Notes under the pieces: model-generated
Seen by the model: the letters and a program-made list of their open reading frames with translations, nothing else
Databases searched by the model: none
What the model was told of the DNA's origin: nothing
In this document: piece by piece, positions 27,330 through 34,829 of the stretch
How positions within the stretch are numbered: position 1 is the stretch's first letter
Layout: every line of letters starts with the position of its first letter
Source: an uncultured Planctomycetia bacterium
GTDB lineage: Bacteria; Omnitrophota; Gorgyraeia; 2-02-FULL-51-18
Reading direction: 5' to 3'
NCBI GenBank assembly: GCA_964431835.1
Contig: CAYSKO010000011.1
Span: 1-54,591 of the forward strand
DNA length: 54,591 nt
Translations under genes and position numbers: made by a program

Positions 27330-27594
27330 ATGAAACTCATGCCTCTACGGGCCGCCTCGGGCCTCGTGGCTTTTTTTTGTTTTTTATTCAAACCTTCGCG
27401 TACGCCGGAGACCTCCCCGCCGGCTACCAACCCGTCTCAGGCAATTCGTCTTACAAAATAGAAGGTAAGACCGGGACGCTCCAGGCGTCCGACGCCGTCA
27501 CGATAGGCGAGTGGTCCAAAGGCTTCGACATTGCCCAAGGACACACGTTCAACGCGCTTTTGCCGGCCAACGGAGCGCATCTGTCGCGTGACAT
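27330..27594 (+). pseudogene. frameshifted, 3'-truncated fragment of a second tpsA-like gene
   Basis: nt 27342-27594 align with nt 21193-21446 of the intact gene (mostly identical, net -1 nt around the T-run: T8-GT versus T7-GTGC). The homologous peptide is therefore split over two frames (MKLMPLRAASGLVAFF / FIQTFAYAGDLPAGYQPVSG...HLSRDI). Homology stops exactly where the IS end begins (27595). Confidence 0.85.
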
Positions 27595-27629
27595 TGACGT
27601 TACCCCTCTAAGCGTACAGGTTTTAAAGG
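27595..27629 (-). mobile_element. solo terminal 35 nt (right end, inverted orientation) of the IS3-family element found intact at 33133-34362
   Basis: TGACGTTACCCCTCTAAGCGTACAGGTTTTAAAGG is the exact reverse complement of nt 34328-34362. Identity ends at nt 36. Confidence 0.85.
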
Positions 27630-27896
27630 GTTCGACCAAATCGTCGAAGGCGGCATTCCAAAAAATAGAACCATTTTGATTTGCGGGGGCGCGGGTAGCG
27701 TTGTTTTGATTGTGGCAAATGCCTTAAGATTGCGCAGGATTCCTCTTTGAAAGGAGTCCAATAGGACCCCTCTCAAGTATACGTATCTATTTCCCCGCAT
27801 TAAGCATAGAATTCATCCATCTTGCCTTCCGGTACTTGCCAAGCAGGCCTTTCTTTCCGTTTTCTCCTCCTCCACGCCCGTTAAAAGGAGCTCCAA

Positions 27897-28337
27897 ATGG
27901 CCAAACTCAAAACTCAGCAAACCGAGAGACAAAACAACACGCCGGTCAGCATCGTCTGGGACGGCATCCTGCTTCTGCCGATCTTCGGCATGATCGATTC
28001 CACGAAGGTGCAGAGCACCATGGAAGCGATGCTTGAAAAGATCCTGGAAACCGAAGCGAAGATCATCATTCTGGACATCCTCGGCGTCGCGGCCGTCGAC
28101 AGCGCCGTCGCCAACAACATCGTCAAAATCACCAAAGCCACGAAGCTCATGGGCTGCGACTGCATCGTATCCGGTATTTCGCCCGCCATCGCACAGACCA
28201 TCGTGCATCTGGGCGTCAGCCTCGGCGAGGTCGTGACGAAGGCCACCTTGAAGGACGCGCTCGAACTCGCTTTTGCGGCCTGCTCGCTCGAAGTCCGGGA
28301 CAAGACCAAAGAGCCGACGTTCAGGAAAAAAGAATAG
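27897..28337 (+). CDS. rsbR: RsbR-type STAS protein lacking an N-terminal sensor domain
   Basis: AAGGAG SD sits 7 nt upstream. TPVSIVWDGILLLPIFGMIDSTKVQSTMEAML...IIILDILGVAAVDSAVANNIV...LMGCDCIVSGISPAIAQTIVHLG aligns by eye with the C-terminal STAS domain of B. subtilis RsbR. Only about 30 aa precede the STAS domain. Confidence 0.8.
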   Translation: MAKLKTQQTERQNNTPVSIVWDGILLLPIFGMIDSTKVQSTMEAMLEKILETEAKIIILDILGVAAVDSAVANNIVKITKATKLMGCDCIVSGISPAIAQTIVHLGVSLGEVVTKATLKDALELAFAACSLEVRDKTKEPTFRKKE

Positions 28338-28344
28338 CGATCCG

Positions 28345-28797
28345 GTGAAGATCGCCTACAACTGCCTGATCGTCGATTACAGGGACGAAGTGACCGACCA
28401 GAAGGTTTCTTCGTTTCAAAAGCTCGTTCTCGACCAGGCGCTCCTCGGAAACGTCAAAGGAGTGATCCTGGACGTGTCGGCGGTCACTCTCATGGATTCG
28501 TTCGCGAGCCGGAGCCTTCTCGACACCTGCCGGATGACGAACCTTTTGGGAAAACGCGCGATCGTGGTCGGCATGAAGCCCGCCGTCGTTTTTTCGCTGG
28601 TCGACATGGATGTCGAGCTGAACGGTGTCGAGACGGCCGTAAATGTCGAGAGCGCGATGACTCTTATCGATCCGCCCGCGGACAAAATCATAAAAGACAT
28701 CGGAGAAGAGCTTGACGAAAACGAAGATTCGGAAGAATCCGAAGGCGACGAAAAAGACGCCGTCGCAGATGCCGCCCAAGAGGGCCGGGAAGACTAA
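28345..28797 (+). CDS. rsbS: RsbS-type STAS protein with an acidic roughly 40-aa C-terminal tail
   Basis: Start taken at GTG 28345. YNCLIVDYRDEVTD...VILDVSAVTLMDSFASRSL...GMKPAVVFSLVDM resembles RsbS, including the phospho-Ser context MDSF. The tail is DENEDSEESEGDEKD. Confidence 0.75.
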   Translation: MKIAYNCLIVDYRDEVTDQKVSSFQKLVLDQALLGNVKGVILDVSAVTLMDSFASRSLLDTCRMTNLLGKRAIVVGMKPAVVFSLVDMDVELNGVETAVNVESAMTLIDPPADKIIKDIGEELDENEDSEESEGDEKDAVADAAQEGRED

Positions 28798-29182
28798 GCT
28801 TGTCCGTATCTCCTGCAGGGCGGATATCGAAACGGCCGTCGACTGTTCGATATCATACGCCTCTGAAATAGGTTTTAAGTCCGCCGAGCGATGCATGATC
28901 GGCACGACGGTGTCAGAGCTGGCGACGAATATCTTTCGTTACGCGACTGCGGGTGGTGAGATACGGATCGCGGAGTCTTCGTCGCGAAAGACCGGAATAG
29001 TAATCATCGCAAAAGACGACGGTCCCGGCATCAAGAACCTGAAAAAAGCGATGAAGGACAGCTACACCACGACGGTCGGAAGCCTCGGCATCGGCCTGCC
29101 CGGAGCCCGGAGGCTGATGGACGTATTTCGTATCCAATCGGGCAGAGGCACGGTCGTGACGGTAAAAAAATGGCTCAAGTGA
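28769..29182 (+). CDS. rsbT: RsbT-type serine kinase / switch protein (HATPase_c, anti-sigma regulatory factor family)
   Basis: Start probably at ATG 28769, overlapping the rsbS-like tail. VSELATNIFRYA, IIAKDDGPGI and LGIGLPGARRLMD resemble RsbT N/G boxes. Size is about 137 aa. Confidence 0.75.
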   Translation: MPPKRAGKTKLVRISCRADIETAVDCSISYASEIGFKSAERCMIGTTVSELATNIFRYATAGGEIRIAESSSRKTGIVIIAKDDGPGIKNLKKAMKDSYTTTVGSLGIGLPGARRLMDVFRIQSGRGTVVTVKKWLK

Positions 29183-29772
29183 CCCCAGCCGCCGACTTTC
29201 ATTTTTTAAACAAGCGCTGGTCTCCGGCAGAACCCTGCGCGGATACGGGATTCATTAAGGAAAGCAAGGGATCCGTCTTTTTCGCTCTCGCCGACGTGGC
29301 CGGTCACGGCCGCAGCGCCGCCGTGTTCGTCCCCAAGATTCTGAAGCATTTTAAAAAAAATTACGACAAAGACCTCGTCGATACGATGAACAGCCTTCAC
29401 GACCTCCTGAGGGGGACCCGGGGCGCCGCCGCGGTGGCGGGCCGGATGAATCTGACGGGTGGGCGCGTGGAGTACGTGGGGCTCGGCAACATCTCCGTGC
29501 GGAAGTTCGGAAAAAACCCGGTCAGGAAGGTTTCCAACGAGGGGATCATCGGGTACGTGATCCCCGCGGCGAAAAAAGAAAGCGTTAAGATGTCCAAAAA
29601 GGACGTCCTGTTACTTTATACCGACGGAATCAGGGATCACTTCGATGCGTCGGAATGCCCGTCCGGTTTTTTCGACCTTTCGGCAAAAAAAATAGCGGGC
29701 GGCATCATGAAGTTCTTCAATAAAGGCAATGATGATGCAGGATGCATCGTTTTACGGTATAAAAACGGCTGA
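29170..29772 (+). CDS. rsbX: RsbX-like PP2C/SpoIIE-family phosphatase (200 aa)
   Basis: CADTGF...FFALADVAGHGRSAAV and LLLYTDGIRD match the GD...DG.GHG and ..TDG motifs of SpoIIE/RsbX phosphatases. It overlaps the rsbT-like stop by 13 nt. Confidence 0.7.
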   Translation: MAQVTPAADFHFLNKRWSPAEPCADTGFIKESKGSVFFALADVAGHGRSAAVFVPKILKHFKKNYDKDLVDTMNSLHDLLRGTRGAAAVAGRMNLTGGRVEYVGLGNISVRKFGKNPVRKVSNEGIIGYVIPAAKKESVKMSKKDVLLLYTDGIRDHFDASECPSGFFDLSAKKIAGGIMKFFNKGNDDAGCIVLRYKNG

Positions 29773-30928
29773 GCTCGCCGAGCTGTCGATTTCCGATCAA
29801 AACTCTATCCCGGAGAATCGGAAAAAAATCGACCGCGTGTTCAGCCTCTTCGGCTACGATGTTTTTTTATCGACCTACATCGCCACGCTCTTCTCCGACA
29901 TTTTTCGTGAAATGCTCCTGGGACAGACGCCCAAATTAAAGATCAGCATCCACGGCAAGAAGGAGCCCTATTTCCTCGCGTTTTCCTTTTCGCTGCCCCG
30001 CGGGAGCGGCCTCATGCGGCGCATCAAATGCTCGTTCGACGAGGTCAAGGTCACGGCCGGGCCGAAAGCGAATCACATCCTGGCTTTCTCGCGCCTACAC
30101 GTCAATGGCATGTCCGGCCAACTCCTCAAGGAACTGAGGAAGGCTCTTGAATTCAAGTCGAAGGAAGAACTCTACCGGGAGCTGGATTCGACGTATACAA
30201 AATTGAATTCGTCGAAAAAAATGGCGCAGATGGAGAAGATGAGCGCCGTCGGGACCCTTTCGGCCGGCATCGCCCATGAGCTGAACAATCCCCTCATGGG
30301 AATTATCAATTTCGTGCAGTACTGCCTGAAGCACACTCCGCCGGAGGACAAAAGGCACGGTGTTCTGAGTGACGCCAAGCGAGAGGCGCTTCGCTGCGCG
30401 GAACTCGTTCAGAACATGCTGTCGTTTTCGCGTCTGGAAGAAAGCGGCGTCGAAGAGATTACCATAGAAGAGCACGATATCGGCCCGGTTTTCGACGAAG
30501 CGCTGAAGCTTCTGCTTTACAGGATCGAAAAAGAGAACGTCCAGGTGGTGAGGGAAAAGAGCGCCGCGGTGTCCGTCGCGATGAACAGGAATCAGCTGAA
30601 GCAGGTCCTGCTCAGCGTGACTTCCAACGCCCTCGACGCCATGCGGCTGTCGAAAAAGAAAATACTGACGCTCAAGACGATTGTCAGCGGCAAGGTGGTC
30701 TCCATTTTCATCGGGGATACGGGAACGGGCATTTCCAAGGACGTCCTTTCCCGGATATTCGACCCCTTTTTCACGACCAAGCCGGTCGGGCAGGGCACCG
30801 GCCTGGGACTCACCATCTGCCAGACGATCGTCGGGAAGCACGCCGGGGAAATCAAAGTCAATTCGGAATCCGGTAAAGGAACCGTCTTCGAGATTCTTTT
30901 GCCATTACAGGGGACGCCACATGCCTAA
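29729..30928 (+). CDS. histidine kinase with an unrecognised roughly 170-aa N-terminal domain (HisKA + HATPase_c)
   Basis: H-box GTLSAGIAHELNNPL, N-box SNALDAM, and G-boxes GDTGTGI and GQGTGLGLTIC. No TM segment. The start is uncertain (ATG triplet 29729-29737 overlapping the phosphatase gene). Confidence 0.8.
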   Translation: MMMQDASFYGIKTAELAELSISDQNSIPENRKKIDRVFSLFGYDVFLSTYIATLFSDIFREMLLGQTPKLKISIHGKKEPYFLAFSFSLPRGSGLMRRIKCSFDEVKVTAGPKANHILAFSRLHVNGMSGQLLKELRKALEFKSKEELYRELDSTYTKLNSSKKMAQMEKMSAVGTLSAGIAHELNNPLMGIINFVQYCLKHTPPEDKRHGVLSDAKREALRCAELVQNMLSFSRLEESGVEEITIEEHDIGPVFDEALKLLLYRIEKENVQVVREKSAAVSVAMNRNQLKQVLLSVTSNALDAMRLSKKKILTLKTIVSGKVVSIFIGDTGTGISKDVLSRIFDPFFTTKPVGQGTGLGLTICQTIVGKHAGEIKVNSESGKGTVFEILLPLQGTPHA

Positions 30929-31301
30929 AAAAATACTCGTGATCGACGACGAAGATTCGATCAGAAAATCGTTCGTGCTGGCGCTCGAGGACGTGGACTG
31001 CAAAGTCGACACGGCCTCTTCCGGCGAGGAGGGTGTCAAAAAGACCGCCGCGAAATACGATATCATTTTTTGCGACTTGAAGATGCCGGGGCTGAGCGGC
31101 GTCGAGACGGTGAGATTGATCCGGAAGAAAGACAAGAAGACCCCGATTTTCATTGTCACCGCTTTTTCGAAGGAATTTGCCGAAGGACTAAAAAAACTCG
31201 AAAAGGACGACATCGACTTTCAGTTGCTCAGCAAGCCCCTTTCGAGCGACAAGATCGTGGCGATCGTAGAGGGAACGTTGGAAGGGCTGGCGAGTTATTG
31301 A
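30921..31301 (+). CDS. single-domain response-regulator receiver
   Basis: ILVIDDEDS, IIFCDLKMPG, IFIVTAF and LSKPL give a complete DD/D/T/K set with no output domain. It overlaps the HK stop. Confidence 0.88.
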   Translation: MPKKILVIDDEDSIRKSFVLALEDVDCKVDTASSGEEGVKKTAAKYDIIFCDLKMPGLSGVETVRLIRKKDKKTPIFIVTAFSKEFAEGLKKLEKDDIDFQLLSKPLSSDKIVAIVEGTLEGLASY

Positions 31302-31576
31302 TGAAACATGAATACGCGCTGTACGTCGCAGGAAAAAACGGTACAATGAGCCGAAAAATCATCGCGTGCGTCACCGAGTACCTTAAGAAGAGGCTTGGCA
31401 ACGGCTTTAAGCTCAATATCATCGACGTGATCGACAACCCCGAGACGGCGCTGAAAGAAGGGATTCTGGTCACCCCTTCCTGGGTCCGCACTTCGCCCGC
31501 GCCGAAGAAAAAAATCGTCGGTAATTTTTGCCTGGAAGCCAACGTCTCCCGCGGACTGGACATCCTTTCCTCATGA
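31301..31576 (+). CDS. kaiB: KaiB-family protein (91 aa)
   Basis: YALYVAGKNGTMSRKIIACVTEYLKKRL...FKLNIIDVIDNPETALKEGILVTPSWV...P.KKIVGNF aligns by eye with cyanobacterial KaiB (LKLYVAG.T..S..A...L..IL...Y.L.VIDV..NP.LAE...I.ATPTL). ATG 31301 overlaps the receiver gene's stop. Confidence 0.75.
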   Translation: MKHEYALYVAGKNGTMSRKIIACVTEYLKKRLGNGFKLNIIDVIDNPETALKEGILVTPSWVRTSPAPKKKIVGNFCLEANVSRGLDILSS

Positions 31577-32697
31577 ACCCCACACCCGAAGAAAAAGCGT
31601 TGAATTTCGACCAGATCATTCAGAACAGCTGCGAAGGCATCCTGATCGTCGACGCCGCTGGCCTGATCCGATTCGCCAATCCGGCGGCCTACAGGCTACT
31701 CAGCCATCAGGGCGACCTCATCGACAAGTCGTTCGGCCAACCGTTGAAAGACGACAAAGCCGTCGAGCTGGGCATCATGCGCCTGAACGAAAAGATGGGC
31801 ATCGGCGAGATGCGGATCACGGAAACCATCTGGCAAGGAGAAAAAGCCTCTCTCGTGCTTCTTTTGGACATCACGGAGCTGAAGTACGCCCAGGACGATC
31901 TGCAAAAAATCAACGATCAGCTGGAGCTTAGGGTTAAAGAACGGACCGCGGAGATCCTTCGTTACGTCGAGGAGCTCAAAGGTTCCAACGAACGCCTTTT
32001 CAGCGCGAATAAAGAACTCGAGCAATTTGCCTACGTCGCTTCACACGATCTCCAGGAGCCTCTTCGAAAAATCACCACTTACGGCGACCGTCTGGTGGAC
32101 TACAAATTTACCGACCCCAAGTACAAAGACTATCTCGTCCGCATGACCAAGGCGGCGCTCGGGATGTCGCACCTCGTCGAAAGCCTCCTCGAATTTTCAA
32201 GATTTCCGGACGAGCTGTCTATGGAAGTTTGCGATCTCGGAGAGGTGATTCAGGATGTCATCGATGCGCTGGAGGTGAAGATCGAGCAGACCGGGACGAC
32301 TGTCCAATTCAAGAATCTCCCGAAGGTGCAGGCCAACAAAGCTCAAATGAGCCACCTTTTCCAGAATTTGATCGAGAACTCCATCAAATTCACACGCAAA
32401 GGAATCGCGCCTTTGATCCTACTGGAAAGCGTGCCGGAAAACGACGAGAACGTCGTGATCAGTATCAAGGACAACGGGATCGGCATCGATGAACAATACT
32501 TCGAGGTCGTGTTCATGCCTTTTAAAAGACTTCACGCCCGCTCCGAATACGAAGGTGCGGGCATCGGCCTGTCCATCGTGAAAAAGATCGCCGATAACCA
32601 TAAAGGAAGCGTGCGAATAACCAGCGTCGTCAACGAAGGCTCCGTTTTTATCCTCACGCTACCGGTGGTTCGGGATTTGTCTGAATCGACCTCCTGA
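31573..32697 (+). CDS. PAS-domain histidine kinase
   Basis: ATG 31573 overlaps the kaiB stop (ATGA). PAS region SCEGILIVDAAGLIRFANPAA. H-box FAYVASHDLQEPLRKI, N-box QNLIENSIKF, G-box GAGIGLSI. Confidence 0.88.
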   Translation: MNPTPEEKALNFDQIIQNSCEGILIVDAAGLIRFANPAAYRLLSHQGDLIDKSFGQPLKDDKAVELGIMRLNEKMGIGEMRITETIWQGEKASLVLLLDITELKYAQDDLQKINDQLELRVKERTAEILRYVEELKGSNERLFSANKELEQFAYVASHDLQEPLRKITTYGDRLVDYKFTDPKYKDYLVRMTKAALGMSHLVESLLEFSRFPDELSMEVCDLGEVIQDVIDALEVKIEQTGTTVQFKNLPKVQANKAQMSHLFQNLIENSIKFTRKGIAPLILLESVPENDENVVISIKDNGIGIDEQYFEVVFMPFKRLHARSEYEGAGIGLSIVKKIADNHKGSVRITSVVNEGSVFILTLPVVRDLSESTS

Positions 32698-32738
32698 CAA
32701 TCGCCGCGCGCCTTTTACTCGCTACGCAGTAGATTTAG

Positions 32739-32782
32739 CTAATATTTTCTTAACCTTCGTATAATGGCGTTTAGGCTAATTT
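32739..32782 (+). promoter_or_regulatory. degenerate phased-pentamer promoter (site 5, weaker)
   Basis: CTAAT(32739)-attttc-TTAAC(32750)-cttcgt-ATAAT(32761)-ggcgtttaggc-TAATTT(32777-32782). It lies 45 nt upstream of ATG 32828. Confidence 0.35.
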
Positions 32783-32827
32783 ATTAACGAAAAGCCATAA
32801 TCGAGACAGCAACAGTAATCGGACAAG

Positions 32828-33112
32828 ATGAACAGCGAAAAACCGTTTCTTACGGACGTAATGGAGCTTCGGCGGCGCGCGCTAGCCAAGACTCCCGTAA
32901 AAGTAATTTTTTTGATGGAGACAGCCCAACATAATGCGTTCAGGTCGCCTGGCGCCCCGTCAATTGAGGGGCTGAGGAACAAGCCGACGCGATGGCCCAA
33001 GAAAGAAATTGAGAGCGGGAGAGACGAGGATCGACAAGCGAAGAAGAAACACTTTAATACCCACGGGATATGGGATTCTATTCGCCGACGAGGCACTAGA
33101 CGAGACAAATGA
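32828..33112 (+). CDS. possible small basic hydrophilic protein (94 aa)
   Basis: The ORF follows the site-5 promoter-like element at the same 40-45 nt spacing seen for sites 3 and 4. It has a weak RBS, K/R/E-rich composition and no recognised family, and an antisense ORF of similar size exists. Confidence 0.3.
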   Translation: MNSEKPFLTDVMELRRRALAKTPVKVIFLMETAQHNAFRSPGAPSIEGLRNKPTRWPKKEIESGRDEDRQAKKKHFNTHGIWDSIRRRGTRRDK

Positions 33113-33210
33113 AGAATATGATTGAGCTGTTTTGACCTTACCCCCTAAAACCGTACAGTTGCCAAAGGCGTTCTCCTGGGTGTAAAAGTAAGAATAAGGA
33201 GACGCATCCC

Positions 33211-33492
33211 ATGCCCAAAGGCATCAAGAACACCGAAGAACAGATCATCGCCGTACTAAAACAAGCCGCCGCCGGAGTCCCGATCCAGGACCTCTGCCGC
33301 CAGCAGAATATCTCAAGCGCCACCTTCTACAAGTGGAAGTCGAAGTTTGGCGGGATGGAGGTCTCCGACGCCAGGAGGCTCCGCTCCCTAGAGGATGAGA
33401 ACCGCAAGCTTAAGACCATCGTCGCGGATCTGACGCTGGACAACCAAGCCCTGAGGGCCCTCTCCTCAAAAAACTTCTTAAGCCCAAGGTGA
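33211..33492 (+). CDS. IS3-family transposase OrfA (HTH)
   Basis: EEQIIAVLKQAAAGVPIQDLCRQQNISSATFYKWKSKFGGMEVSDARRLRSLEDEN is the classic IS3/IS407 OrfA with a leucine-zipper tail. Confidence 0.9.
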   Translation: MPKGIKNTEEQIIAVLKQAAAGVPIQDLCRQQNISSATFYKWKSKFGGMEVSDARRLRSLEDENRKLKTIVADLTLDNQALRALSSKNFLSPR

Positions 33493-34334
33493 AGCGCCTG
33501 GCGGCGGGCCGCCTGTGTGAGTCCTTTGGGCTTTCCGTGGGCCGGGCAACGGGCCTCGTGTCTCTAAGACGGGCGATTTTTTATTACAAGCCAAGCGCTG
33601 TCAGGGATGATTCAGGCGTTGTCGCGCGCATGAGGCAGCTCATCGACAAGAATAAGTCGATAGGACTTCCCATGATGCACGTGATTCTAAGAAGAGAAGG
33701 CCTTGTGAAGAATCACAAGCGCACCGAGAGGATCTACCGGGAGCAGAACCTGGCTATCAAGCTCAGGAAGAGCCGTAAGCGCGCCGCGGGGACCCGGATC
33801 GTACTGTCGGCCGCCCGTCGACCCAACGAGCGCTGGTCGATGGACTTTGTGCGGTGCGCTCTCTGGGGTGGCAGGAGATTTAGGATGCTGACGGTTGTCG
33901 ATCAGTTCACGAAGGAGTGTCCTGTAATCGAAGTTGATACTTCCATCACAGGATTCAGAGTTTCAAGGGTTCTTGAATGGCTCTCTATGACTAGAGGGTT
34001 GCCGGAATCCATCACCGTCGACAATGGCCCTGAGTTTGCGGGAATGGCGCTCGACCGGTGGGCCTACACGAAGAACGTAAAGCTGAGCTTCATTCGGCCG
34101 GGCAAGCCGGTTGAGAATGCGTTCATCGAATCCTTCAACGGCAGACTACGGCAGGTATGCTTAAATCAACATCACTTCCTGGACCTTGAGGAAGCCAGGA
34201 AGACGATCGAAGAATGGCGCATGAGCTATAATGACTTCAGGCCTCATCGGTCACTGGATGGATTGACGCCTGAGGGATTTGCTAGGCAGTGGCAGGATAA
34301 AAACGACAACCAAACACCCAAGAATTGCCTTTAA
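33489..34334 (+). CDS. IS3-family transposase OrfB (DDE/rve integrase core), normally expressed as an OrfAB -1 frameshift fusion
   Basis: RPNERWSMDF, ...VDNGPEF... and ...PGKPVENAFIESFNGRLR.ECLN give the DDE triad context. The frame is open upstream to the slippery site. Confidence 0.9.
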   Translation: MKRLAAGRLCESFGLSVGRATGLVSLRRAIFYYKPSAVRDDSGVVARMRQLIDKNKSIGLPMMHVILRREGLVKNHKRTERIYREQNLAIKLRKSRKRAAGTRIVLSAARRPNERWSMDFVRCALWGGRRFRMLTVVDQFTKECPVIEVDTSITGFRVSRVLEWLSMTRGLPESITVDNGPEFAGMALDRWAYTKNVKLSFIRPGKPVENAFIESFNGRLRQVCLNQHHFLDLEEARKTIEEWRMSYNDFRPHRSLDGLTPEGFARQWQDKNDNQTPKNCL

Positions 34335-34459
34335 AACCTGTACGCTTAGAGGGGTAACGTCATGCTGACCGCTGTGATTTTACTGTCGAAGAGAATAGCT
34401 GCCAACTGAGGAGGGAGTATGAAGTCGATCGCCAAGTCAATGAAGGGTGGGGGTGGGCG

Positions 34460-34759
34460 ATGAAAAAATTTAGCGTGGCAGCGGCGTTCGCTCTGATTGT
34501 TTTGCTGGGGTTTTGCGGGTTGTCGTCGGCAGATTCCATGAGCGGAGAGGTCGTTTCGCTTGATTTGGACGTCAAGGCTATGACTTTAAAAGTGAAAAAT
34601 CCGTTCACCCAAAAAGAGATTCCTACGAGGTTCGTCTGGGTGACGGGTTCTTCGGAGGGGGCCGTCCTCAAAGATCTGAAGCCGGGCGACCGCATTCGGG
34701 TGAGGGCGGACAAGGACGTCTTCGGTCGCTATTTGGTTAAAAAAGTCGTCAGGGCCTGA
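34460..34759 (+). CDS. small secreted protein (99 aa) with signal peptide
   Basis: MKKFSVAAAFALIVLLGFCGLSSA is followed by a beta-rich mature part. No family recognised. Confidence 0.55.
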   Translation: MKKFSVAAAFALIVLLGFCGLSSADSMSGEVVSLDLDVKAMTLKVKNPFTQKEIPTRFVWVTGSSEGAVLKDLKPGDRIRVRADKDVFGRYLVKKVVRA

Positions 34760-34829
34760 AATTATCCGTTAAGCCGAATTACTTTGGCTTCTCCGGGCCT
34801 TTCCTTTGTAATAGTCCGGGAGGTGATTT

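Larger units (their letters stand above)
33133..34362 (+). mobile_element. IS3-family insertion sequence (IS407-like group), apparently intact
   Basis: Imperfect terminal inverted repeats: left TGACCTTACCCCCTAAAACCGTACAG..., right (reverse complement) TGACGTTACCCCTCTAAGCGTACAG.... It carries orfA plus orfB with an A-AAA-AAC slippery site near 33468. The flanking 3-4 nt differ (gttt / tgct), so no target-site duplication is visible. Confidence 0.88.

Noticed and set aside
27716-27735. TGGCAAATGCCTTAAG upstream of the stressosome operon, considered as a sigma54 (-24/-12) promoter.
   Set aside because: The GG-to-GC spacing does not fit the TGGCAC-N5-TTGC consensus, because AA occupies the -12 GC position.
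20947-27813. Shared short motifs GGACCCCTCTCA and GCATAGAATT at 20947-20976 and 27763-27813, considered as possible mobile-element ends or att sites.
   Set aside because: By my rough estimate, exact 12-mers recur by chance many times in a 55-kb sequence. The two motifs have different spacing in the two copies, no inverted partner and no flanking duplication, so the evidence is insufficient.
32776-33108. 110-aa minus-strand ORF antisense to ORF 32828-33112.
   Set aside because: It has no RBS or promoter and a Cys/Ser/Leu-rich odd composition. The plus-strand ORF at least has a promoter-like element, and neither ORF is strongly supported.
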